Shown: positions 1 through 10,053 of the stretch, piece by piece
How positions within the stretch are numbered: the stretch's first letter is position 1
How the letters are laid out: each line of letters begins with the position of its first letter
DNA from: Methanopyrus kandleri AV19
Lineage (GTDB): Archaea; JAADCQ01; Methanopyri; Methanopyrales; Methanopyraceae
Length of the DNA stretch: 32,000 bases
Assembly (NCBI RefSeq): GCF_000007185.1
Contig: NC_003551.1
Coordinates: forward strand, 870,001 to 902,000
Direction of reading: 5' to 3'
The notes under the pieces: model-generated
What the model saw: the letters and a program-made list of their open reading frames with translations, nothing else
Told to the model about the DNA's origin: nothing
The model's database searches: none
Made by a program: the position numbers and the translations under genes

Positions 1-13
1 GTTAATAACTGTA

Positions 14-883
14 GTGGCCATCCTACCAGCACTGATGGCTCTAGCAATGCTGGGTAGAATCTACCCGGACTACCGCTGGAAGTTTTCGGGAATTACCGCC
101 ATTATTCTCTTCGGAGTTCAAACGTACCTACATGAGCTTCCAACAGCCTTAGCAACCCCAATAATACTATTTTCTTTACTTGTTCTCAAAAATTTTAACA
201 CTCATCTTGATAGGCGAATCTCAGTAAGATTAAACAGAGTCTCGAAACCACTGCGATTCCTAACTGCTTTAATGTTAGTCCTATTCTTCATCGTGATCTG
301 TAGCGTCCTCGCTACCCCACGTTTCGCCGTGGTAGGATACAAAGTAGTGGGGTCCAGGACGGGAATGGAATACATCATTTCCTCCGATCCGTGGTTCTCT
401 GAGTGCGTTAAGCGTGTGCTCTCCGGCCATCCAATCTGGAACACTCCCCTACCGACGGACCCTCATATGGGCCCCGCCTCCCTGCTAGGTTACGAACTAG
501 GAGATCCACGGGCCGTCCCTCCTCTCTATCCCACGAAGCAGCTCGAGGTCCAACCGAGAGTGGTAGCACCACTCATTTCTTCACCATCGAGCTGGGCCGA
601 AACCTCTCTTCACGCTCTTCAGCTGGCGGAGGCGGTCGCCTCACGTGGGGCCTCTGTCGGAGAACCTCGACTCAACACTCCCACCGAGATCCGCGGGTAC
701 GGGTTGGTGGGTCAGGTCTACGATCTCTGGTGGAAGGGAGGTACTCATAGGGGTCTTCTCCTGCAAGTAAACGGTCGGGCCGTTTACGAGCGACCTTCAG
801 CTTGGCCCTCAGTGGTTCTGACGCTGATGAGTATCGCAGTGGCGGCTATTGAGACGGCTAAGAGAAAGAGCGACACTGTGTAA
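14..883 (+). CDS. Uncharacterised membrane protein (several hydrophobic N-terminal segments, C-terminal TM helix)
   Basis: 289-aa ORF from GTG, near window edge so the real start could lie upstream; hydrophobic segments; converges with the next ORF and overlaps it by about 100 bp. Confidence 0.5.
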   Translation: MAILPALMALAMLGRIYPDYRWKFSGITAIILFGVQTYLHELPTALATPIILFSLLVLKNFNTHLDRRISVRLNRVSKPLRFLTALMLVLFFIVICSVLATPRFAVVGYKVVGSRTGMEYIISSDPWFSECVKRVLSGHPIWNTPLPTDPHMGPASLLGYELGDPRAVPPLYPTKQLEVQPRVVAPLISSPSSWAETSLHALQLAEAVASRGASVGEPRLNTPTEIRGYGLVGQVYDLWWKGGTHRGLLLQVNGRAVYERPSAWPSVVLTLMSIAVAAIETAKRKSDTV

Positions 884-3003
884 GCTCGGCTTTGGTGTCG
901 TTCCCATGCCACGTAGTGTAGTGTGGTGTGTTTTCCGTCGGTCTTGACGAGCATGTAGGGGCCGATGGGACAGGTTTGACCCTCCCGACCGTCCACCGCC
1001 CAGAACGGAGCCCAAGCCCAAGGAACAACCACGAATCGATGACCCCGCGAATCCAACACGTACCTATCGTTCGACACCCGGTGTAGAGCGTCATGAATTG
1101 GGCTGAGCTTCACGCACGACTCCTTGACCAGTTTCTTGACTATTGGAGAGTGTAGCGGGTGGTGTACGGGACCTAGAACGTGGACGTGGTGTGTTATCCT
1201 CCTCAGTCGCCGCACTACCTTCGACGGGGGTTCAGCGTCGAAAGCCCTACTGGAGTAAACTACGATCACTTCTTTCGCTTCTTTTGCCAGCTTCTCAGTT
1301 TCAGGATAGCTCAGCGCCTCTGAGTCTACTATGAGTATATCTCCCGACCACGGTATTTGCTCGGCGGATAATGACTGCCCACGTTCTACATTATACGGTC
1401 GTATCAGCGGTATCATCGGAAAGTGTCCGGTGGGAGCACTTCTAACTAAGTTAAGCCACAAAAAGCTATAATCAGTGTATGATCCTATGTATATCACTTT
1501 GACACTTGTCATTGGAATTATATCCCACAATGACAGTGTTGGTTTTTGACTGAAAGTGAATCCAACGATGTCGGAGTAGCTTCTAATAGTCTTAATATCG
1601 GCTCCATAATCTACACTTGTTAGCGGTAAGAGAGTCAAAACTTTGCGTGCGATATCTTCATCAAAAAGGTGACGCTGACCTGGATGTGCTAGTTGTTCAC
1701 AGCATTCTCTACCGCCGCTATTGAGGAATAAAATAGAAGACAGTATTCGTGAGCTTACTTCGGAGCATCCTTGGTAAAATGCACCTCCTAAAATGTATGT
1801 TGGACGTTCAGATAATGTGCTTAATGGGCATGCTAATGAGAATAATCCTAAATGGGCATTGGATGCCCTATAATCATGCGAAACGATTGCAGGTGAGGAA
1901 AACTCGTATTCAACAACAATTGGAATCATTGGTGTGGGGCTTATAACTTTTAATATGATGCCTACGCTAACAAGAGCAAATATTGCAGAATATGTTGTGA
2001 GAGACAATTTTATCTTAGAGAATATTTTGGGGGTGATTACAATTATGAGTGTGCACGCTATTAGCGGCATTCTGTACATATCAAGTTGTGTTAATATCTT
2101 TGATATACTCAATATGATATAATGAATCTTAGGTGATAGAAATACTGCTAGTCCAAATAACGGAATTAATCCTATTGTTCCAATTACAAACTTCTTCTTG
2201 TGTGAAATATTAAGCAAGAGTAGTGATAAAAATGTCATTGAAGTGACGACTATAGTCGCTAGTATGGTATCGTACACGTCAAATATTGAAAAACCCATCG
2301 TTGTAGATTCAGGCAAATTATCGAATTCTAACTTACCTACACTACTAGCGAATAATAATACTGGAAAAGTCACTATTATAGGTAGGAAGAAAATGGGACT
2401 GTCTAAAATCCCAGCTACTATCAGAGGAGGAATAGAGTAAATGAAATTTGAATATAATGAAGCTGTCCATAGTACGAAACTAAACATTCTCTTAATTGGA
2501 TCTTTCAATTTTGAGTTCCATATAATAACTGCTATCGCTGCTAGTGAATAAGACATCGTAGTAGCTATTCTAATGTATTTAACCTCGTAAAGAATTGCGA
2601 TAGGATATAATGCTAAGTATGCTAGTAATGCGATAGTTGCCTCGGCAGAGTTGAGATTGAGTATTTGCAATATGATCCACGCGATTATCGGAGCTAATCG
2701 TAAAAGTTCTTCTCCAATACAAGTTGCTAGAAAGATATCCTTTACCAAAAATTTATGGATTACTACTGGCACCATGAATGGTAATATGGGGTAATTAGCT
2801 AAAGGTGGTCGTCCTAAATATGAATACGGATCCCAATCAGAACCACTTAATCCATATTTTTCTATCAGATATGATTTGAGTGATTGTATTGCTAAATCTA
2901 AGTAGATAATATGTTTGCCTAAATCTGGTGCCTCATATTCTACTATGAAATTAAGGATAATTATCATTACAATAGCCAGAATGGTTGTAATTCTGATTTC
3001 CAT
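784..3003 (-). CDS. Large polytopic membrane protein, possibly GT-C/YfhO/PTPS-related-like glycosyltransferase-type protein
   Basis: 739-aa ORF; many TM helices; N-terminal loop WDPYSYLGRPPLANYPILPFMVPVVIHKF resembles the first extracytoplasmic loop of GT-C/YfhO-like proteins; soluble C-terminal domain then final TM. Confidence 0.6.
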   Translation of the reverse strand: MEIRITTILAIVMIIILNFIVEYEAPDLGKHIIYLDLAIQSLKSYLIEKYGLSGSDWDPYSYLGRPPLANYPILPFMVPVVIHKFLVKDIFLATCIGEELLRLAPIIAWIILQILNLNSAEATIALLAYLALYPIAILYEVKYIRIATTMSYSLAAIAVIIWNSKLKDPIKRMFSFVLWTASLYSNFIYSIPPLIVAGILDSPIFFLPIIVTFPVLLFASSVGKLEFDNLPESTTMGFSIFDVYDTILATIVVTSMTFLSLLLLNISHKKKFVIGTIGLIPLFGLAVFLSPKIHYIILSISKILTQLDMYRMPLIACTLIIVITPKIFSKIKLSLTTYSAIFALVSVGIILKVISPTPMIPIVVEYEFSSPAIVSHDYRASNAHLGLFSLACPLSTLSERPTYILGGAFYQGCSEVSSRILSSILFLNSGGRECCEQLAHPGQRHLFDEDIARKVLTLLPLTSVDYGADIKTIRSYSDIVGFTFSQKPTLSLWDIIPMTSVKVIYIGSYTDYSFLWLNLVRSAPTGHFPMIPLIRPYNVERGQSLSAEQIPWSGDILIVDSEALSYPETEKLAKEAKEVIVVYSSRAFDAEPPSKVVRRLRRITHHVHVLGPVHHPLHSPIVKKLVKESCVKLSPIHDALHRVSNDRYVLDSRGHRFVVVPWAWAPFWAVDGREGQTCPIGPYMLVKTDGKHTTLHYVAWERHQSRAYTVSLFLLAVSIAATAILISVRTTEGQAEGRS

Positions 3004-3563
3004 GTAAATACACCCGAGTATGCATTCTCGGGTAGCATACAGATTATGTTCCAGTTTCCTTGTATGAGTACTACTTCGATACCTTTAATTACTTCGCCTC
3101 TTCCTTTTGCTACTACGAGGCTATTACGTGTCGGAATTAAAAGTAAATCTTTTTCAATTTTAACAACATCTATGCAAGGGAATGATAAACAAATAGGGTT
3201 TGACGAAATACCATAGTAGGTGACAATCGGATTATCAGAGGATTTTGTTAAGTTGTCATAGTTTAGTGTAGGCAACATTGTAACAGGTGCGCCGATACTG
3301 ATCACTCCTACACGCTTCAAGCCATATAGCATTATTTGTCTACAGTTCACTACAGTTCGTGTTGGAAGATAAGTATTAATTGCAGGTCCTAGAACACTAG
3401 GGTACTGGAGTGTTTTAAGAAGATCATGTTCATCAAAATATGGGTATGTAACTTTCCCTTTTACTATTTGGTATCTCGGAATAGAGGCCGCGTAAGCGTT
3501 CACCAGTGCAAGTGTTGCGATCACCCCTGCGGCGATGGTTTTAATTTGTTTAGTACCCACCAT
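2967..3563 (-). CDS. Secreted/membrane-anchored hypothetical protein, 198 aa
   Basis: ORF track gives 2967..3794, but an ATG at 3563 is preceded by a strong SD (GGAGGTGACGGCATG) and starts a signal-peptide-like MVGTKQIKTIAAGVIATLALVNAYA. Confidence 0.6.
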   Translation of the reverse strand: MVGTKQIKTIAAGVIATLALVNAYAASIPRYQIVKGKVTYPYFDEHDLLKTLQYPSVLGPAINTYLPTRTVVNCRQIMLYGLKRVGVISIGAPVTMLPTLNYDNLTKSSDNPIVTYYGISSNPICLSFPCIDVVKIEKDLLLIPTRNSLVVAKGRGEVIKGIEVVLIQGNWNIICMLPENAYSGVFTWKSELQPFWLL

Positions 3564-4090
3564 GCCGTCACCTCCAATGTTACTGCCGAAGCTACTGCGA
3601 CTGAGAATTGTAACGCTACGCTCGGCAGAGGTACGATAGGCCAGGCTTGATACTTGTACCAGGCGACGAGGGCGTTGATTGTTGCGGTGATGAGAGCCCC
3701 GGAGAGAACAGCTAGACGCGGTGACATCGGATCTATTAACGTCCGTAGGAGCCAGGCGACCGTAGTCGATGCCGAGTAGGCGACATCGGCCCACTGATCG
3801 ATCCCAACGAAGATCACCGCAAGAGCGGAACCGAGGGCGTACAGAACTATCAGTGCGTCCGTGACTCCGTATGCGAGGAAGATCGGGGCACCGGTGAAGT
3901 ACGCGTACAAGTTCCCTGGAACGGGTATCGCCAGCCCATATACTAGGACCGCTACGGGGGTAAGGTACCCGAGCGAGTACAGCTGAATGAGGGCTCTTGC
4001 CGGTCGCTTGGCGATCACGTAGATGGCGGCCAGAAAAGGTAAGCTGGTGATTATCGTGTTAATCGTCACCACGGTCTCGGGACTCAGCAT
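3521..4090 (-). CDS. Uncharacterised multi-pass membrane protein
   Basis: 189-aa hydrophobic ORF, tightly packed between neighbouring minus-strand ORFs. Confidence 0.6.
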   Translation of the reverse strand: MLSPETVVTINTIITSLPFLAAIYVIAKRPARALIQLYSLGYLTPVAVLVYGLAIPVPGNLYAYFTGAPIFLAYGVTDALIVLYALGSALAVIFVGIDQWADVAYSASTTVAWLLRTLIDPMSPRLAVLSGALITATINALVAWYKYQAWPIVPLPSVALQFSVAVASAVTLEVTAWWVLNKLKPSPQG

Positions 4091-4502
4091 ACAGCGGTCC
4101 TCCGGCGATTTTCTCCGTAATTTCCCGGATGCAAATCCGTAAGGCGCGACCCGTGTCGTCCTCTCGGAGTGCCTCCTCGAGTTCCTTCTCTCGGTCGAGC
4201 TTTAAGGACTTCCTCCTATGCCTCGCGAGGTTCTCGGCGATTTCTTTCAGCACCTTCTCGCCGGTGATCCGGTAAAGGGCTAGGAGGGCTGCTTCGGCGG
4301 CAAGGCTGAATTCCGGTGGCGTCCAAGGTATCTTGGCGAACACTAGTACGAACGCGAGGATTATCGTAAATAAGACGATGAGTGGAGCGAGCGTCAGCAC
4401 GATGGCTGCGATTAGCACGGGGAGGACGAAGAACAGGAAGAACAGATAGGCGAGGATTCTAACGGCCTCACCCGCTTCGATCTTCATGTTCAGATCACCC
4501 AC
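4059..4502 (-). CDS. Small membrane protein with charged C-terminal tail
   Basis: 147-aa ORF, about three TM helices, overlaps both neighbours in operon fashion. Confidence 0.6.
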   Translation of the reverse strand: MGDLNMKIEAGEAVRILAYLFFLFFVLPVLIAAIVLTLAPLIVLFTIILAFVLVFAKIPWTPPEFSLAAEAALLALYRITGEKVLKEIAENLARHRRKSLKLDREKELEEALREDDTGRALRICIREITEKIAGGPLYAESRDRGDD

Positions 4503-5560
4503 TCATCCTCGAGGTCCCGCTCGGCTTCCTTACCGGGAGCCACCCGAACACCCTTGAGGTTGCAACCACACACCTCGGCATCATGACCCAGCACACACCC
4601 GTCGAGCCGTGCGTTCTCGATCTTACACCCTTCGGCTACGATGGTGTTGCGGACCTCAGAGTCGATGATCTCTACATCGTCTAGGATGACGGAGTTCTCG
4701 ATTACTGATCCGTTAATTTCTGTCCTCTCACCCACGTACACGTACGGTCCGATCTCTGAGGATCGGAGCTCGGTCATCGGTGCGGCTACTACCGGTGGCT
4801 TCAAGTCGGTATCGGTGATCCGTGCTCCTACCACGGACTTCCCAGAACATTCATGCTCCATCAGAACGCGATGTGCTTCGAGGTAAGTTTCGGGGAGGCC
4901 CACGTCCACCCAGTATCCTTCGAACTTGAACCCGTATAGCAGGCCTTCCTCGGCGAGTTTCGGGAAGATCTCGCGCTCGATCGATACGGGGCGCCCTTCG
5001 GGTATGTAGTCCAGCACCTCCCGGTCCAGCACGTACGCGCCGGCATTGATGAGGTTCGAGGGAGCCTCCTCCGGCTCGGGCTTCTCGACGAAGTCGAGGA
5101 TGCGGTCGTCATCGTCCAGGTCCACTACACCGAAGCGTGAGACTTCGTCTTCGGGTACTGGATACAGGGCTATCGTGGCGATCCCGTCGTGCTCACGGTG
5201 GAACTTCAACATCTGGCGTACGTCGAGCGAGGAGACTATGTCCCCGTTGAACGCTACGAAGGCGTCGGCCGTGGAGTCTCGGCACGCGAACTTGATCGCA
5301 CCGGCGGTGTCGAGTGGCTTGGGTTCTACCTTCAGGTGAAGCTTCCTGGGGAGGGGATCGGACTCGACGTACCGCTCGAGCTTCTCGGAGCTGAAACCGG
5401 CGGCGATGTGAACGTGAACGACGTCACGGGGTAGGGAGCGGATCACCCACTCGATGAGCGGCTTACCCAGGATGGGAACCAGGGGTTTAGGCGTATCCCA
5501 GGTCAGGGGGCGCAGTCTTGTGCCGAACCCGCCCGCGAGCACCACCGCGTCCACGTTCAA
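4490..5560 (-). CDS. Sugar-1-phosphate nucleotidyltransferase (mannose-1-P guanylyltransferase / glucose-1-P NTP transferase type) with C-terminal hexapeptide repeats
   Basis: N-terminal VVLAGGFGTRLRPLTWDTPKPLVPILGKPLIEW signature; left-handed beta-helix-like C-terminus. Confidence 0.9.
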   Translation of the reverse strand: MNVDAVVLAGGFGTRLRPLTWDTPKPLVPILGKPLIEWVIRSLPRDVVHVHIAAGFSSEKLERYVESDPLPRKLHLKVEPKPLDTAGAIKFACRDSTADAFVAFNGDIVSSLDVRQMLKFHREHDGIATIALYPVPEDEVSRFGVVDLDDDDRILDFVEKPEPEEAPSNLINAGAYVLDREVLDYIPEGRPVSIEREIFPKLAEEGLLYGFKFEGYWVDVGLPETYLEAHRVLMEHECSGKSVVGARITDTDLKPPVVAAPMTELRSSEIGPYVYVGERTEINGSVIENSVILDDVEIIDSEVRNTIVAEGCKIENARLDGCVLGHDAEVCGCNLKGVRVAPGKEAERDLEDEWVI

Positions 5561-5581
5561 CGTTCGACCTCCCCTGACGCG

Positions 5582-6508
5582 CTACACGTGGTTCCACCAG
5601 CTTCGTGCTTCCGTGGTGTCCACGGGACCGTAAGCCTCGTCGACCAGGAGGTACAGCACGGGGAGGGTCTCGACGGGCGCGTTCGGGTCTTCGGGATCGA
5701 CGTCGAGCCCGAGGTCCTCGGGCCGTACGACGGTGGCTTCGCCACCGGATCGCTCTTCGATCAAATCCGCGCCCTTCTCGTTCAGGCACAAGTAAAGCCT
5801 TTCGGAGTGATCACCGAAGAATCTACCGTGGAAGAGCTCGTCGGAGGTCGTCGCGAAGGCGTTCACGTCCCCTACCTCGATCGACTTTAGCGCGGCCTGC
5901 TCCGCGGCGACGTACAGGTACTTGTCACCGATGAAGAACACCTTCTCACGATCCCGCATCTCGAGAATTACGTCCTCCGGAACGCCGCGCTCCAGGCGGC
6001 GTTCCACCCTATCGGGGACGTCGGGGTCCACGAGGTCCTCGCCCGAGAGTTCCGAAGCGTAGGCGCACAACGCGAACATAGCCGACACGATGGTGCGGGT
6101 GTTGAGGAAACCTTCCTCGCGCTCTACCGGGAGGAGTAGCAGGTAGTCGGCGAGATCGGCCAGTGGAGAGTTCTCCTCACAGGTAACGGCCAGGATTTCG
6201 CAACCCAAGGCACGGGCGATCGAGTGGGAATCTTTACCCCCGGACATCGAAACTACGATCGCGAGATCGGCTCCATCAGCCCAAGCCGCCAGCCGTCCCG
6301 GATGCGATACCGTCGCGATGTTCAGCTCGTGGGTGAACAGTAGCGAGGCGTAGTGAGCCACGTGGTGACTACTACCTGAGCCCGTAGTAAGTATGAACTG
6401 ATAAGATGATAATCGGGGTAAATCCTCAAATCCTAGGGTGAGCACTGCCCTCAGATCATCCGGGGTTCTCTCCACGTCATCCCTCATGTGCTCGCTCAAG
6501 CAGTACAC
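5582..6508 (-). CDS. SIS-domain sugar isomerase/aminotransferase-like protein
   Basis: TTGSGSSHHVAHYAS and VVSMSGGKDS segments typical of SIS domains (GlmS/AgaS-like). Confidence 0.75.
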   Translation of the reverse strand: MYCLSEHMRDDVERTPDDLRAVLTLGFEDLPRLSSYQFILTTGSGSSHHVAHYASLLFTHELNIATVSHPGRLAAWADGADLAIVVSMSGGKDSHSIARALGCEILAVTCEENSPLADLADYLLLLPVEREEGFLNTRTIVSAMFALCAYASELSGEDLVDPDVPDRVERRLERGVPEDVILEMRDREKVFFIGDKYLYVAAEQAALKSIEVGDVNAFATTSDELFHGRFFGDHSERLYLCLNEKGADLIEERSGGEATVVRPEDLGLDVDPEDPNAPVETLPVLYLLVDEAYGPVDTTEARSWWNHV

Positions 6509-6932
6509 CCCAGGTTACCCGATTATTCATCCAGTAATTCCAGAGTGTGGCGGCGGCGATACCGAAAAGGGCCGAAGCGATATAATAAATATGGAGAAGC
6601 TCGGTCAGCGTCCATAGGACCGCTGTGTTGATCACCAGACCGCCGGCACAGATGATGTTGAAGGCCGCGAGACGCTTTAGGAAGTTCAGCAGACCGGGGT
6701 CTCGACGGTCCCTCCACGTCCATAGATCGTTGAGGATGAAGTTCGATATTATGGAAACTTCAACGGCGATGATGTTCGACACGACGTAGTAGATCCCGAC
6801 GACCTCCGTGAGGAACCACAGGAGGCCTAAATTGACGAACACTCCGGAGAGACCGACGAGTGAGAACTTTAGGAACCTCTCCGGGCCGTCGACGCCCGGC
6901 GTTCGCTCCAGTATGCGGAACAGGATCTTCAA
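6477..6932 (-). CDS. GtrA-like membrane protein
   Basis: 151 aa, four TM helices; RFLKFSLVGLSGVFVNLGLLWFLTE and NFILNDLWTW are hallmark GtrA features. Confidence 0.85.
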   Translation of the reverse strand: MKILFRILERTPGVDGPERFLKFSLVGLSGVFVNLGLLWFLTEVVGIYYVVSNIIAVEVSIISNFILNDLWTWRDRRDPGLLNFLKRLAAFNIICAGGLVINTAVLWTLTELLHIYYIASALFGIAAATLWNYWMNNRVTWGVLLERAHEG

Positions 6933-6956
6933 AGCCCATCACCCGGGGGTCGATCG

Positions 6957-8327
6957 ATGGGGAAGTTGTTCGGCACTTTCGGAGTCCGGGGTGTTGTGGG
7001 CGAGGATCTCACTGAGGACGTCGCCCGAAGGTTGGGACTCGCGTTCGGAACGTACCTCGGAGGTGACGCGGAAGTCCTCGTCGGCGGTGACACCCGGACC
7101 AGCACCGACACTCTCAAGGATGCTCTGATCTCGGGGCTAACCGCCGCGGGCTGCGACGTCGTCGATGTGGGGATCGCACCGACTCCGGCCGTGCAGTACC
7201 TGGTGGACGCCGAGGGGTTCGACGCCGGCGCCGTGGTGACGGCGTCGCACAACCCGCCCGAGTTCAACGGTATCAAGCTGTTGGGCTCGGACGGGTGCGG
7301 ATTGTCCAGGGAAGATGAGCAGGAAATCGAGAGGATTTACTTCGAGGAGAACCCGGATCGGGCCTCGTGGGATCGTGTGGGTAACCGGGTTTCGGCGCCG
7401 GACCTGCTCCTGAACTTCGAGGAGGCCGTACTCGATTACGTGGGTGACTTCGACGGAGAGGGTCTGCGAGTCGTTGTCGACGCGGCGAACGGCGCGGCGT
7501 CGTCGGTCACGCCGCGACTCCTCTCGGAGCTCGGTGTCGAGGTGATCAGTGTCAACGCACATCCGGACGGGCGGTTCCCCGGACGTGAGCCCGAGCCGTC
7601 GGAGGAGAACCTGGAGACTACGATGAACATGGTGAGAGCGGCCGGCGCGGACTTCGGGTTAGCCCACGACGGGGATGCTGATCGACTGATTCTCATCACG
7701 GGTGACGGCGAGTTCGTCCCCGGGGACTACTCGCTGGCGATCGTGGCGGCGTGGGCGCTCGACGAGGGTAAGGGGAGTCAGGTAGTCACCCCGGTCAGCT
7801 CCTCGATGTGCGTACAGAAGGTGGTAGAGGACCGCGGTGGAGAGGTGATCTGGACGAAGGTGGGAGAGCCCGTCGTCGTGGAGGAGCTCAAGCGGGCGGA
7901 GGATCCCGCACTGGGTGGTGAGGAGAACGGTGGAATAATCTACCCGGACTTCCACCTCTCCCGGAACGGAATCATCACCGCCTTGCTGATCTGTAAGCTG
8001 GTCGCCGAGGTGGGATCGCTCGACGACCTACTGGCCGAGGTGCCCAAGTACCACCTGCACAAGACCGGTGTGGAGTGCCCCGACGATCTCAAGCCGAAGG
8101 TCATGGAGCGTGTCGAATCGCTGGTCGAAGAGGAGGAGTTGGAGGATGTCCTGACGATCGACGGCGTGAAGTTGTTCTACGAGGATGGTTGGGTGCTCGT
8201 ACGGCCTTCGGGCACGGAGCCTTTGATCAGGGTCTTCGGAGAAGCGCGAGATCGAGAGACCGCCATCAGGCGGGTGGAGCACTGGAAGGAACGCGTCGAG
8301 GAGATCGTCTCGGAGCTGAAGGGGTAG
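6957..8327 (+). CDS. manB: Phosphomannomutase/phosphoglucosamine mutase family
   Basis: GTFGVRGVVGEDLT start, catalytic VVTASHNPPEFNG, metal loop AHDGDADRL, C-terminal VRPSGTEPLIRV. Confidence 0.92.
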   Translation: MGKLFGTFGVRGVVGEDLTEDVARRLGLAFGTYLGGDAEVLVGGDTRTSTDTLKDALISGLTAAGCDVVDVGIAPTPAVQYLVDAEGFDAGAVVTASHNPPEFNGIKLLGSDGCGLSREDEQEIERIYFEENPDRASWDRVGNRVSAPDLLLNFEEAVLDYVGDFDGEGLRVVVDAANGAASSVTPRLLSELGVEVISVNAHPDGRFPGREPEPSEENLETTMNMVRAAGADFGLAHDGDADRLILITGDGEFVPGDYSLAIVAAWALDEGKGSQVVTPVSSSMCVQKVVEDRGGEVIWTKVGEPVVVEELKRAEDPALGGEENGGIIYPDFHLSRNGIITALLICKLVAEVGSLDDLLAEVPKYHLHKTGVECPDDLKPKVMERVESLVEEEELEDVLTIDGVKLFYEDGWVLVRPSGTEPLIRVFGEARDRETAIRRVEHWKERVEEIVSELKG

Positions 8328-8331
8328 CTGG

Positions 8332-9759
8332 ATGGAGCGGCTGGAATGGCGTGAATCCTCACCGGCGGAGTTCTTCGAGCGGAACCGCGAGATGCTCGGG
8401 TTCGACGGACCCATCAAGAGCATGGTGATGACCGTCCACGAGCTCGTCACCAACTCGATGGACGCGTGCCACCTGAACCGCATACGTCCCGACGTGCGGG
8501 TGGTGATCCGACGCGAGGAGGAGAACGTGTATCGGGTGCGAGTGATCGACAACGGGCCGGGGATCCCGCCGGAGCGCGTGCCGAAGGTGTTCGGTAAGTT
8601 CCTCGCGGGAGATAAGTTCGACCCCGTCTACGGGATCCAGTCGATGGGCCAGCAGGGGATCGGAGCCGCCGGCGTCGCCCTCTACGCCCTGATCACCACG
8701 GGCGAACCCGTGCGCGTGCTCACATCCACCGACGGTAGAACCGCGCACTACTTCGAGGTCAAGCCCGATCCCTCGACCAACGAGCCGGTGGTCGTCCGGC
8801 GGGAGAAGCGACCCGCGAGCCGCCGCGGGACGACGGTGGAGGTGACCATCGGGGACGCCGTCTACGAGTCGGGTCGCCGCGGTCCCCGGGAGTACCTTCG
8901 TAGGCTGCACGCGGTGAACCCCCACGCCCGGATCTCCCTCCGCGACCCCGACGGTAACGCGCACGTCTGGGAGCCGCTGGTCGAGGAACTCCCCGACCCA
9001 CCTCGAGTGCTGAAGCCTCATCCTCACGCCCTCGACGCCCACAAGCTCCTCCGGATCGCCGAGCGGACGTCCCGGAGGACCGTCCGAACGATGCTCGTCG
9101 GGGAGCTCTGCAGGTTCTCGGAGGCCCGGGTCGAAGAGCTCCGGGAGCGACTGGCGGGCCGTGTGGATCTGGAGAAGGACCCGAAGGAGTTGACCCGCGA
9201 GGAGGCCGAGCTCATCGTGAAGGCGCTGCACGAGATGGACTTCATGCGCCCGCCGTCCGACGTCGTTTCCCCGGTCGGAGAGTCGGCGCTGAAGGCCGCG
9301 CTGAAATCGGAGGGAGCTCGACTGGTCTCGGCGGTTTCTCGGCGGCCGCTCGTACTGCGCGATAACGTGATCCAGGTCGAGGTGGCCGTGGGTTACGGGG
9401 AGGAGGGGGATCTGTGGCGGTTCGCGAACAGGGCTCCGTTGATGTTCAGGGCGGGCGGTTGTTCCATCACCAAGGGCGTCGAGGAGGTGGATTTCGGCCG
9501 GTACGGTCTCGAGGAGGATCGGTTACTGATCCTGGTGAACGTGAACTCCCCGTTCGTTCCGTTCAGCGGGCCCGCTAAGCAGGAGATCGGTAGCGAATAC
9601 GTCGAAGAGGAAGTAAAGCGGGCGGTACAGCGGGCGTGTCGGGAGCTGGGTCGTGAGGTCCGACGGCGACGTCGGGCCCGTCTCGAGCGCCAGAAGATGA
9701 AAAGGATCGATAGGAACCTGAGAATCGTGAGGAAGAAGGCCATCGAGATACTCTCGTGA
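8332..9759 (+). CDS. top6B: DNA topoisomerase VI subunit B
   Basis: GHKL/Bergerat motifs HELVTNSMDA, DNGPGIPPERVPKVFGKFLAGDKF, GQQGIGAAG; transducer domain with NVNSPFVPFSGPAKQEIG. Confidence 0.93.
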   Translation: MERLEWRESSPAEFFERNREMLGFDGPIKSMVMTVHELVTNSMDACHLNRIRPDVRVVIRREEENVYRVRVIDNGPGIPPERVPKVFGKFLAGDKFDPVYGIQSMGQQGIGAAGVALYALITTGEPVRVLTSTDGRTAHYFEVKPDPSTNEPVVVRREKRPASRRGTTVEVTIGDAVYESGRRGPREYLRRLHAVNPHARISLRDPDGNAHVWEPLVEELPDPPRVLKPHPHALDAHKLLRIAERTSRRTVRTMLVGELCRFSEARVEELRERLAGRVDLEKDPKELTREEAELIVKALHEMDFMRPPSDVVSPVGESALKAALKSEGARLVSAVSRRPLVLRDNVIQVEVAVGYGEEGDLWRFANRAPLMFRAGGCSITKGVEEVDFGRYGLEEDRLLILVNVNSPFVPFSGPAKQEIGSEYVEEEVKRAVQRACRELGREVRRRRRARLERQKMKRIDRNLRIVRKKAIEILS

Positions 9760-10053
9760 TGAGCTCACGACGGGGAGACCTAGTCGGGATGATCGACCCC
9801 TAGCAGGCTGAAACGGCGCGGGTGGAGGTAGCCGGCGGGGAGCGCGGGCTTCAGACCCGAGCCGATGATCCGCCGGATGCCGCGACCGCGCCACACTTCC
9901 TTCTCCTATTGTTACGTATCTTGAAACGTTTCCGTGCGGGTCAGGGGCGGGAGTACTCTTCATCGGTCCGCGGCTTGCATGATCATCATCCCTGGTTCGA
10001 GGCGAATCTCCATCGATAAAACTTCGTCCCTCGTAGGGTCAGGAGGGCGTCAC

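Noticed and set aside
1749-2440. Small plus-strand ORFs in the AT-rich region
   Set aside because: Antisense to the 739-aa membrane protein; Met/Asn-rich translations typical of antisense of TM-coding DNA.
8359-9231. 290-aa minus-strand ORF antisense to top6B
   Set aside because: Low-information, His/Arg/Leu-rich antisense ORF of a kind expected in high-GC DNA; the plus-strand frame has clear topoisomerase VI motifs.
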